Shown one piece after another: positions 51,026 to 62,702 of a stretch of DNA of 64,000 bases. Every line of letters starts with the position of its first letter. Within the stretch, counting starts at the first letter, position 1. Under the pieces are notes generated by a model. That model worked only from the letters and a program-made list of their open reading frames with translations, had not been told where the DNA came from and made no database searches. Both the position numbers and the translations under genes were made by a program. Location: contig NMRA01000051.1 in the NCBI GenBank assembly GCA_002633005.1, positions 1,039,298 to 1,103,297 of the forward strand, read 5' to 3'. This DNA comes from Phoronis australis. Lineage: Eukaryota > Animalia > Phoronida.

Positions 51026-52631
51026 ATGAAAGCGCTCCGAGGAGCAAAACTTGGCGAAATTAACCAAAAAGATTAAGATACAGATGATGACGAAGATGAC
51101 AAATATGACGACGATGGTGGAGAGGATGAACAAAAGAAGTAATAATAACATACACATGACGAACGTAGAAGTCCGAAATCAGTAAGAAAAAGGCTACAGT
51201 CTTGAGCGACACTTGGCGAAATTAACGGAAAAGACAACGACGGAGATGATGACGAAGATGATGACGATGATGACGAATATGATGATGGTGGTGGCGATGA
51301 TGAACAACATCACAATATTCATATGACGAACTTAGATGTCATAAATCAATAAGAAATAGGCTACAGTCTAGTTCAATAGAAGATAAACCAACATCAATGC
51401 AGCAAGAGCGCTCAACAAAGGAACAGCGTTATCAGAAAATCTCAAATAACTCAAAAAGTAGACGTCCTACCGAAAAATGGAAAACATCTTCTGAAAGCCC
51501 CTTCAAAATTCAATCTAAACTGATGGTATCGCCTAATTCCGTAAATTTTTCGGAAAAAATGAAGTTTTGCGTTTTTTTAAGAAATTCAAAGTCAAATAAC
51601 TCGAAAACGGTAAGTCTGAGAAAAAAACTGTTACAGCCATTTGAAAGCATATACTTCAAAGAATCCACATGCAAAAGTCACATATTTTTCTCTTCCCGTT
51701 TAAAATCGCACTCCAACACAACTGAAAATGGGTCAACATGCGCCAGATCCGCACAGTTTTGAGCGACACTTGGCTAAATTAACTGAAGAAAAGACGACGT
51801 CGGAGATGATGACGAAGATAACAAATATGATGATGGTGGTGGAGATGATGAACAACATCGTAACATTCATATGACGAACTTAGATGTCATAAATCAATAA
51901 GAAATAGCCTACAGTCTAGTTCAATAGAAGCTAAACCAACATCAATGCAGCAAGAGCGCTCAACAAAGGAACAGCGTTATCAGAAAATCTCAAATAACTC
52001 GAAAAGTAGACGTCCTAGAGAAAAATGGAAAACATCTTCTGAAAGCCCGTTCAAAGCTCTATCTAAGCTGATGGTATCGCTTAATTCTGTAAATTTTTCG
52101 AAAAAAAATTGCGTTTTTTTAAGAATTTCAAAGTCAAATAACTTGAAAACGGTAAGTCTGAGAAAAAAATTGTTAAAAAATTGATAAAGGTCATTTGAAA
52201 GAGTATATCTCAAAGAATCCACATGCAAAAAATCACGTCTTTTTCTCTTCCCGTTTAAAATCGCACTCCAGCACGACTGAAATTGGGTCAACATGTGCCA
52301 GATCCGCCATCTTGAAAGCAACTTCCGGTTTTTTGACTTTATATAATAGCATATCATAAGAAACTAATATCTGAAAAAAAAATCGAAGAAATTAGCCCTA
52401 TAATGCGCCCTCTACAGGAGAAAACGATTTTAGGCCAAAATCGAGGTGCGCATGCGCGATCGCCTATATTTCCGCCATCTTAAATCGAAAGTTAACAATT
52501 TCCGGTATACTTGTAGCACACTTCCGGTCCATTTACTGTGCCGATTCTTGGCCTTGTACGTAAAAAGTTGTAGCCTCCAGAAGCCTCTAAATCTTAAAAT
52601 TAAAACAAAATGGCCGCCACAGCCGCCATCT
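51026..52631 (+). mobile_element. Interspersed repeat copy A (with ~560-bp internal tandem duplication), probably Helentron-type
   Basis: Matches 61206-62241; GAT/GAC-rich blocks, TCAAATAACTCGAAAA subrepeats, ends ATGGCCGCCACAGCCGCCATCT; unit 51200-51760 is repeated at 51760-52310. Confidence 0.75.
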
Positions 52632-53989
52632 TGGATCCGATTATGACGAAAAACAATAGGCTTAAAAAAAACTTAGTGACAGAGCAACATACTTGGCGAA
52701 ATTTATTTCGCCAAGTATGAGTGGCGTAGCGGCAGCAGCTCGCCGCCGGATGACTGAAGATTGGCGAACCCACCGCCGGTACCAGACTCCACAATGACAG
52801 TGAGCTTTGGCTGTACGTTAAACTTGAACGCGAACGCGTGAATAACCAGACGCCACGAGTTCACGGTGGTGTATGGGTTGAGTCATCCACTAGAATGGTT
52901 CAGCTACACAGTAAACGCGAACACAAACGTTTAATTGAATTACCGTAAGTCGAGCTGGTTCACGCTCGCATATGCGTTGTGTTCTATTTTTGTCTGGGCT
53001 ACACGAAAGACCAGTTAAGTGGTTTACGAATTCCGGTTTCATTTCTGATTTCAGAATCAATTGAATAACGCATGATGGGCGGCGCTCCATAGAGGGCTGG
53101 GGGGCTATAGTCCCCCAGTTTTTTTTGGTGCTGCGTCGCCCGTGCATGTTATTCTGAAATGAGGGACCATTACCGACAACTCGCTGGTGGTGACTGCGTG
53201 AAACCGTGGTGGCAACCGTGGGTGGGGGGTGAAAACAGTCTAGGCCAAGTCTTAAAATTTTAAGTTGACATTTGTGATTATACCGAAAGTAAATTTGGGC
53301 AAAAATGCACAAAAAGCCAGAGTTTATATCACAAACGTATAAGGTTAATGCTGGGTTCATCAAGTGCAAGCCAGTAGTAGACAGTTATACATGTAAGCTA
53401 TTACGTATCCGAGCACAGAATATGGAACAGTTATCTTGAATTCGCACGTTAAGAGGTAAAATGTCAAAAACAACTTCAAATTCGATTTCCAGATTAGACC
53501 CTGGCCCAGCAGTCTCAGAACATGCCAATTATATGACGTAATTTGATACGCGAAGAGCCTCGCCGTCATTTTAATCCCTTCGTGTTGTTAAATGCGCATG
53601 ATAAACAAGATACATTGCTCATTGTAATATTATAACAAACTTTAACAGACTGTCGAAGATAAACGAAATACTTTTCCTGCTTCAACTTATTTTAATAAGT
53701 TAAAAAACCAAAAAATCTCAATAACACAAACTGTTTTTCTTTAAAAAACACCAATTACAAATTTTAAGAGTCACTAGACTCCTGTGGTCATTATACTATA
53801 AACTGAATATGCCAAAGTAGCCGAAATTAATGTCTGAGTGCCTAAATAAAAACAAATAGAATCATCTCATTCTTTGCAGTCATTCCAGTGCACTTTGCAT
53901 GTTTCTATTGTCTGTGAGTGTGGTTACATAAATTCAAAGTTTTGCATGATCCTAGGAAGACCAAATTGACAGCAGCAATGCCCAGAACA

Positions 53990-54330
53990 AGTATTCGATG
54001 GTTTTGACCTTCAACATCCCAGCCATTTTTGTTGAAGTTGCAAAAGTCAAAATTTTTGAAACAGTAAAATGTTTTAGCAAAACCACTGTGCGGAGCTCCA
54101 ACTTGAAATTACATAAGAATGGTTGGGCCTTTTCGGCGATTCGGATGACCCGGTGCAACCAGCTGAACGCTGTTGTCAAGGAAACGTTCGGGTCGTAAAT
54201 TTCACGGGTTGGGATAGTTCTTTTCATTGTGATGCATGGTTCATAAATTGGCCAGCACCTGCGAATGAACGGGGCGATGCTGGATGCACCCAAGCTCTGT
54301 TTGGATGGCTAACGCAATTCCAATTTCAAG
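53990..54330 (-). pseudogene. Cytochrome P450 relic (C-terminal part)
   Basis: Minus-strand frame reads QVLANL*TMHHNEKNYPNP*NLRPERFLDNSVQLVAPGHPNRRK (PERF at 54181-54192); SSIAP upstream and a QKF/FDF-like segment downstream in shifted frames; the heme-Cys motif is not recognisable. Confidence 0.65.
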
Positions 54331-54992
54331 TCCTTGTATTCATTGTACATCGACCAAATAAACTGGACAATGTGTCGTATGATTAAACTGTTTAATAATC
54401 AGACGACATTCGAGTACAAAAGACGAGCCGGAAGAGTCCCGACCAAACACAGTCATACGAACAACATTAACAACACAAAAGCAATCGGCACAGTCTGAAC
54501 AGATAATATGCCATTAGCAATCGTCAGAAATCGCACAAGGTCCAGACTTCAATTTTTTGCCGCCTGTCTCTATTCTTTTGTATTGCAACACAAGTATAAA
54601 GACCGTTTAAACAATATCATGCGTTAGATTGACAGCGCGAGCTCCATGTACAGTGTATCTCAGTACCACGCCCCCGTATTATGATATCTATTATTCTGAG
54701 ATTAATCATAGACTGTTGTCTATAATCTATGGTTTTGTCAATGATATCAGTTACGTCAAAGTGTGAGCTCTGGGAACCAAGCTCAGGGTCAGCCTATAGG
54801 TGGCTCTGTATATCCGCTTGGACGCTAACTCGGTTACCAAGGTTCACACTGTAAGTCGGACGGTGCCTGTTGCATGACGCAGCAGATTTCATTCGCCTCT
54901 TGTGTGCTCAGACAGCATCGACCTACTTACTGATACACAGGTGTTTTCTATTAAGCACATCTGCTAGGTTTAACTTGTTCGACGCGCTGGAA

Positions 54993-56066
54993 ATGGCTTC
55001 CGTTCAATACAACTTTTTGGGCCGATCTGGCGTGAAAGTGTCCAACCTGTGCCTCGGAACCATGACGTTTGGTGACAAGAATACGTGGCTTGTTCGACAA
55101 GCCGATGAGGCTGAATCGTTCAGTATCTTGGACCGGTATGTGGAGCTGGGTGGAAACTTCATAGATACAGCAAACATCTATTCCAATGGCCAATCCGAAG
55201 AATTTATTGGTAACTGGTTGACAAAGAGGGGAAAGCGAGATGATTTAGTTTTGGCTACCAAGGTGTGTGGCGTGATGGATCGAAGTGATGTCAACTGCAT
55301 CGGTTTGAGCCGTAAACACATCACGTGGAGCGTCGATGAAAGTTTGCGCCGACTTCAGACTAATTACATTGACCTTTACCAGTGTCACTTGTGGGATCGG
55401 GGCACGCCTCTTGAAGAGCTTGTCCGTACATTTGATGATCTTGTTCGCATTGGAAAGGTCCGTTACCTGGGTGCAAGTAACTTCTGTGGATGGCAGCTTC
55501 AGAAACTGGTAGATACTTGCAATAAGATGGGACTTAATCCCTTTATCAGCCTGCAAAACCAATACAGTCTGTTGTGTCGAGAAGTGGAGCACGAATTGAT
55601 CGATGTATGCCGTAATGAAGGTATTGGTTACTTACCATGGAGTCCTCTCAGAGGTGGCTGGCTTAGTGGAAAGTTCCATCGTGGAATGACTGAGCCAGCA
55701 CCAGCTTCAAGAATTGAGCACCAATCAAAGCCAGGCGTGCTGACTGTAAATCCACCCTTTGAACAACAAGCAACAGAGAAGACATGGGATATTCTTGATG
55801 CCTTGGACAACATTGCCAAAGAATGTGGCAAGTCCGTGGCGCAAGTTTCCCTTCGTTGGCTTCTCCAGAGAGACACCGTGGATTCTGTTATTATTGGCGC
55901 TCGCAACCTTTCGCAGTTGGAGGACAACATGAGCGCCGGAAATGGTTGGGAGTTGTCAGAAGAACAGATGAAGGTTCTAAATGACGTATCCAATCCCGGA
56001 AAGCCTTATCCGTACAGCATGATTGACATGATGAATACCAGTATGGGGCGTGGCGGTAAAGCGTGA
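54993..56066 (+). CDS. Aldo-keto reductase, bacterial YajO/Tas-like type; single coding exon, 357 aa
   Basis: LGRSGVKVSNLCLGTMTFG, GGNFIDTANIY (catalytic D/Y), VLATK, SLRRLQTNYIDLYQCH, GKVRYLGASNF, QNQYSLL, PWSPLRGG, AQVSLRWLL, IIGARNLSQLEDN; AATAAA at ~56094 and ~56113. Confidence 0.93.
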   Translation: MASVQYNFLGRSGVKVSNLCLGTMTFGDKNTWLVRQADEAESFSILDRYVELGGNFIDTANIYSNGQSEEFIGNWLTKRGKRDDLVLATKVCGVMDRSDVNCIGLSRKHITWSVDESLRRLQTNYIDLYQCHLWDRGTPLEELVRTFDDLVRIGKVRYLGASNFCGWQLQKLVDTCNKMGLNPFISLQNQYSLLCREVEHELIDVCRNEGIGYLPWSPLRGGWLSGKFHRGMTEPAPASRIEHQSKPGVLTVNPPFEQQATEKTWDILDALDNIAKECGKSVAQVSLRWLLQRDTVDSVIIGARNLSQLEDNMSAGNGWELSEEQMKVLNDVSNPGKPYPYSMIDMMNTSMGRGGKA

Positions 56067-59000
56067 TCATAGGGAATGATTCGGTTTGGTGATAATAAAT
56101 AATGACAGCATGAAATAAACCGGCATGAAATTTTGCTTCAAGTACTTTTTCTGCAATTATGCATTGGTGTTATAAAACTGGCAGTAAAACAGCCTTCTTC
56201 AAAAGTATTTTTTGACCTAGACCAGGCTGACCATTACGAAATGATATTGTTCTCATATGGTTCTTTACTTTTAAGAGGCGTTTTGTAGGTTTGGAAAGGA
56301 CTGACGGCTGGTTAATACTCGAGAACTGGCACTGGCTCAATACGCTGGCTTATCACTCCACAATCTTATTTACCGAGTATCTTAAAAAGCAACAACAAAC
56401 TTACATTCCAAAACCAGAAACCGCTTTCCATCCGAGTAAAGAAGTGGCGGCCATTTTTCCAATGTAAGTCTGTGTCGTAACTCCAGGATAAGCTACTTTG
56501 AAGAAGCCATGTTTATTTCTGCTATTTTACTGCATCTACAATATCTTGTCAGAAATCTGATATTGTTTGGAAATGAATGCCTCCAGCTTTGTTTCAAGTA
56601 ATCTAGAAAAATCGCTGTGAATCCTCGGCTAGATTTTTTTTGCTAAATGATTTTAATATACCCGTGTAAAGTGTAGTTAGGACTTTGTTATTGTAAATAC
56701 CAACCGATTCTACAAATACTACATAAAACTGAACTTTTTGTGATGTTTTGCTACGCAAGTTACATTGAAATTTGCTTAAAATTATTGCCAATGAAAGCTC
56801 AACATATATGGGTTGTGCATAAGTATTTGAACAAATGTATAGGTAGTTTCTATGCAACTTGTTATGGATTGTCCATGCCTTATACAATGTTTCGCTTATT
56901 TTTTCTGGAGTTGTTTACACTGGTAAGACTTCCTTGCAGCGTTTTCTTGAAGAAAGTTTTGTAGTTTTGATACTTTTAAAAATATTCGGTTTCATTCGAG
57001 AACGTACCTTAGATTTATGTTACCAAACCGTATATAGTCGACATAGTTGGGTGTGCAAGTTTGAAGCTATTTTGGACTGGCAATTTATTTTGTCTGCATT
57101 GTTGCTTAGTAGTTAGTTGTAGTTGAAATAAACATGTTATAGAACTACAGATGTTGTTCTTTGCATTTTGAACTTCCCATAGCAAAGTGACACACACCTC
57201 AGTTGGCAGCCATGTGTGTCATATTTGCATTTTCATTACCAGTAGTTTAAAGCACGTAATTTCGTGCGGCCTTTTAACGAGCTTGGCGCTCAAAATTTCA
57301 CCTGCATTTCACCCTGTTAGCTGGCTAAAATAAAGTCGAATTTGGCCCTTTAGCTCTTGTAATATCAGTCTATTCCAAAGCGTGATACGGATCAATTTCT
57401 GTCACAAACAAAAACGCAAATAGTCTTCCATCATGTAAGGAACTCGATTTTTGTTTGTCAGTAAGCAAAACGTAGTGAAACGGAGCTTGAATGTAGCGAT
57501 TGTTAAACTCGGGAGGAACGATATTTATGTTTAGTCTCCCTCTCATATCATTACATCAGCAGAGAAATGGATATTGCGCAATTATGATAATTTATTGACA
57601 GAATATTCGCATGTAACTGGACAGTATTCATACCTGAATTCTCCATGAGAACAGATATAACGGGGCTATTCGGAAAATCTACAATAACTAGAGGGCGTGC
57701 GTGTACTAGTGGTGATAGATTAACAGCCTCGATTTCGCGAGCCCTTTAAATACATGGTGAAATGGCTTGCAACCGTGACAACTGAATCTGAGATTGCGTA
57801 AAAAGGGTGTTTCTATGAGAGGAAGTAAGCACGACCTCATACAAAGGTAAGGTTTGTGATTATTTTAACGATTATTCCATGATTATTCTACCGATGCCTG
57901 TTAACCGAGGCACTCGCCGATGTCGACTTCGCGGCCGTCAGTCGCCAGCCAGAGTCTGGTTAATCTTTGTATGTTGTGATATGTGATACGATACTTGACG
58001 TAGCAATCGGGATCTTTTCGTACATCAAAGCATTATTATTGTTTGGAATGATTTCTAAAAGTTTATCAGTGACAGTTACATCAATCAATGCTGAATGTTT
58101 ATGCTGTCAACTCGATACAGGTTAATGAGTTAAGATTACAATCCAATCCCAATGGCAAAGGGTACGTGAGTGATAAATATCCATTGCATTAGACTATTTG
58201 TTTACTCCCTATCATATGTCTTCTGGAAATCTATTACACGTTGAAATGGAAATCTATCACGTCAGTTTTCACGTAACCTTTGGTTTTTAGGTTTGAAGGC
58301 TTGTACCGTGCAGAGGAGATATGCATCGCTTCTGTACCGTCCCTGAATGGACAAAAATTGTTTTTTAGCATTTGACTGCAGCTAACCAACAAGATCTTCC
58401 CATCCAGTGCAGATCTGTTGTCAAAGCCTACTTTCAATATTGGAGACAACGAACAAAGCCTTTGAAAAGGAACAGCTATTTTTAAAGTCATTTTGTTAAA
58501 TTACTTATTCAGGTCCCGAGGGGGGATTGGCATGGGGGGTTGTAATATTTGGTACAACTGAATGTGTGGAAATAACAGGTAATACATGTTTGGGGAAAAG
58601 AGCATGGTGAGGTAATTCTTAACCTTCACGAAGTCCCTTCAAGTTGATTTCATGAAACTGTTTTGCTACTTGTATCAATTGTAAAACCACGAAAATATAT
58701 TACATTTTCCGAATTCACAGTGACTGAATAGTCTTAACTCATGCCTTGAAATGTTGCAAGTCGTTATAAATTCAAATGACTGCCATTTTTGTGAAAATTG
58801 CATTTTTGATGGTGCCTTACGATTTGTAATTACTCTTAAACAACAGAAAGATTATCCATCATTTTTAAATGACCCAAGTCTTCATATCTTCTATTAGAAG
58901 AAAAACGGTTCCCTCAACCTTAGGCTAGAAGTATGCTTGACAGACCCATGAACCTGTAATCTGAGTTTAAAATTGCTGAAAGTATCAAAATTAAAAAGGC

Positions 59001-59399
59001 TTGAAAATGGGTAACAAAGGTTTGAAGTTGTCTCAAAAAACTTGTATATTTTACAGACAAGTGATGCGTTTAAAGAATTGTTATGGCTAGGGATAAAAAA
59101 TAAAGACACAGTTTTATGCAATACTCATTATATACACCCTTGGTTTCTGAAAATAGTAATTATTTACTTTTATGTGAAACTGTAGACCAATCACCATATA
59201 TTTTTGAAAAACAGGGATAACATTTTTGATCCAATCTGGAGTACTTAATTATTCATATTTCAATATTTGTTCCAGGTTCAGTGACATTTTAAGGCCACTT
59301 CAAGCTGTATCATAGACAAGCTTTGTTACTCCGTTCTCTTCCCACAGCACTTCCACACACCAGCAGTGCTGCATGGCACAATGTGCAAGTCAGTGGCCC

Positions 59400-59800
59400 T
59401 GGAGAAATGTGAATCGCAGTACTAAGTTACCATAAGACAATGTGCCAGTGGAGTGTCTGTGTATCCAGACGAACTATATCTGACTGCTACACAAATAAGC
59501 CTTGTTGGTGAGGATGCCCTTTCATAGGCAATGAGTCATGTGTGGACAATAGCTTATTTCCTTTCCTGGAAGAAACATGAGGGACTGAAGCTAAAGAAGA
59601 CCTAGTCACACTCTGGTCTAGTTCAGAGTCTGATTTTGGGCTCAAAACGATTCAAGTGATATGCTGCTGTGTTTACCTTCAAGGGTCTAATTGTGGATGT
59701 TATTGAGGCTGAATGAGGTTACATGAAAGAAAGCCACGTGTTGAAACTGGACCTTTTTTACAAGCGCTTCTATAGGCCATTGAAACTAGAACCCAGTGAA
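59400..59800 (+). pseudogene. Possible highly decayed LRR-gene relic
   Basis: Fragments ELYLTATQISLVGEDA, QSLILGSKRFK*YAAVFTFKGL and VETGPF resemble the LxxLxLxxNxIxxIxxxxFxGL pattern; multiple stops and frameshifts. Confidence 0.3.
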
Positions 59801-61205
59801 ATGAAAGCCAAAAGCTGAGTGACATTAAATTTTCCTTTCAGAAGAAAGGCTTTATACTATTGGTAAAAACTTTTCAATTTGGTACAGATTATGGGGAAAT
59901 GACATTCAGTGACTGCATCGATTGTCTTATTGTATGTTTTCAATTGTAGCTAGCTGGATAAGAATCTGCTATGCACAAGATTCGAGAATAAACAATTATC
60001 AGTGTATTTAAAAACAAATGGCAAACTGAAAAAGCACAGAAAGAAACAACATTGCGAGGGAGTCCATAATCAGGCATATCAGGTGCTGAATTTCTGAATT
60101 ACATTCAATTCTCTCAGGTTATTGCTGAAGGATTGCTTTTCACTTTGTCCAACGGTGAAATAGATGGTCAGGCGGTTGGTTTCAGTTGTTTTTTCTTGCC
60201 TGTAACAGAATAGAAATATTAGCAAATTGTAAAAGAAAAGACAAGACAAAACTACTTTGGTAAGGCAGAACATACTTGACATTTCATCTTCATGTTTATG
60301 TGTAGAAACTAATAACCTTTGTACCCAAGTCTTATTTAATATCTGAATTAAAATATGTGAAACAGGCTAAAAGTGATTTAACAATTTGTATTTTTCATGA
60401 CACTTAAAATGTGCTTCTGATCTCAACAAGTAAAATTCATTCTAGGTGTCAATTTTTTCCAATACAATGTTACGACATTTACTGAATTAAAGTTTATTCA
60501 TGTTAATTTGATAACTGAGCTGGTGGTCCTGGGGGTGGGGTCCACGATAAAATAAGGAAACTCATTCATCTAGAGAATTTTATTGGAAACAGCTTTGTAC
60601 CAAGGCTATATGAATATCTGCTGCTAGCCTACCCGGCATCGGGTGAGTTTCCAAAAAGAAACACTTAGTTCCACTCAATAAAACTGTTATTCAGTGGGGT
60701 AACTGGTGTGGATAACATCACCGAACGATGTTGATAGAAACTGACTGCTAAAAACTTACCAAGTAATGTTGTGTAGTCTCCGAATGGAACTGCATAGTCA
60801 TAGACATATTCATAGAGCACACACGGGGCTTCAGCATCCACACACTTTTTGTCAGTTAGTTGACCCTGTTGACCGCAATTGTCCACGAATATAGTAACCT
60901 TAGGTCTTTTGGGAATTTTTGGCCACCTGTCGAAGACTTGCACCAGGGATTTTAGCAGTAATAAGGCTTAGCGCGACGACGTATTTTGATAAAAATTCCA
61001 TCTTTTACCAGTTGTTTACATGCAGACAGCCACGCATGCGCAATTCAATCACCACTAGTACAGCAGCGACACCGCGAGGAGAATTCTCCGAATAGCCCCA
61101 CTGTTACCATGGTGATTTCCACTCGTCATGAGAGCTACCACAGCATAAGTGATACACCCTGTCTACGCTGGGTGTCCCATTCAGAAACGACAGACAAATA
61201 ATTTT

Positions 61206-62241
61206 ATGAAAGCGCTCCGAGGAGCAAAACTTGGCGAAATTAACCAAAAAGATGACGATAAAGATGATGACGAAGGTGACGAATATGACGACGATGGTGG
61301 CGAGGATGAACAAAAGAAGTAATAATAACATACACATGACGAACGTTGAAGTCCGAAATCAGTAAGAAAAAGGCTACAGTCTTGAGCGACACTTGGCGAA
61401 ATTAACGGAAAAGACAAAGACGGAGATGATGACGAAGATGATGACGATGATGACGAATATGATGATGGTGGTGGCGATGATGAACAACATCACAATATTC
61501 ATATGACGAACTTAGATGTCATAAATCAATAAGAAATAGGCTACAGTCTAGTTCAATAGATGATAAACCAACATCAATGCAGCAAGAGCGCTCAACAAAG
61601 GAACAGCGTTATCAGAAAATCTCAAATAACTCGAAAAGTAGACGTCCTAGCGAAAAATGGAAAACATCTTCTGAAAGCCCGTTCAAAATTCTATCTTAAC
61701 TGATGGCATCGCCTAATTCCGTAAATTTTTCGAAAAAAATGAAATTTTGCGTTTTTTTAAAGAAATTCAAAGTCAAATAACTCGAAAACGGTAAGTCTGA
61801 GAAAGAAATTGTCACAGGCCATTTGAAAGAATATACTTCAAAGAATCCACATGCAAAAAACCACGTCTTTTTCTCTTCCCGTTTAAAATCGCACTCCAGC
61901 ACGACTGAAAATAGGTCCGACCATGAGCCAGATCCGCCATCTTGAAAGCAACTTCCGGTTTTTTGGCTTTGTATAATAGCATGTCATAAGAAACCAATAC
62001 CTGTAAAAATTCGAAGGAATTGGTCTTATAATGCGCCCTCTACAGGAGAAAACGTTTTTAGCCCAACATCGAGGTGCGCATGCGCGATCTTTAACCGGAA
62101 GTAAACAATTTCCGGTATACTTGTAGAAAACTTCCGGTCCATTTACTGTGCCGATTCTTAGTCTTTTACGTAAAAAATTGTAGCCTCCAGAAGTATTTGA
62201 ACTTTTAAATGAAAACAAAATGGCCGCCACAGCCGCCATCT
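61206..62241 (+). mobile_element. Interspersed repeat copy B (single internal unit)
   Basis: Aligns with 51026-52631 minus one internal unit. Confidence 0.75.
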
Positions 62242-62275
62242 AGTTAGTTGTATTATTCATCATGGATCCTCCTAT

Positions 62276-62702
62276 ATAAATTTAAAGATAGAGTAATGAA
62301 ACATGTCCACAGAGGCTGCTACACGATGTTGATGAAGGGAGCACGACAAAAGGAGCAGTCCTTGAGTAGAGAACTCAGGAAACAGAAAAGAAATGTGAAT
62401 GCAAACAGAAGTTGAATCAGAGATTCTCCGGGTTTTCTGCAGCAAATCCACAGACATTGGGCAAGGTTTGATTCTCATTGACTACTGAGGTTCCTCACAG
62501 GACAAAAGACGGGAAATCATGTTTTGTGCAATACGGTGCATCGACTGTCACTAAAGCAACCCAGTCCTTGATTTCGTGTCAGTTCACAGATTCATAAGGG
62601 TGTGCGAAAAAGGAGAAAAAGCAAGAACTCGCACACTTGTAAGCAAAAATGCATTCCATTTATTGATTTTCCAAGCAGCATTTACAAGAGAACCATAAAA
62701 AC
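62276..62702 (+). repeat. Uninterrupted paralog of the sequence split by the LINE (42028-42342 + 47621-47748)
   Basis: Shares GATCCTCCTATATA...AACAGAAGTTGAATCAGAGATTCTCCGGG...GGTGCATCGA.TGTCACTAAA and continues ATTTCGTGTCA...ATTCATAAGGGTG...GCATTCCATTTATTGATTTT. Confidence 0.85.

Noticed and set aside
60665-60943. ORF with IFVDNCG, resembling a transposase DNC motif
   Set aside because: The following residues do not match GQNKN and no other motifs were found; cannot be assigned.
50903-61417. Hydrophobic 'membrane protein' ORFs at 50903-51157 and 61104-61337
   Set aside because: Antisense translation of GAT/GAC low-complexity blocks within the repeat copies.
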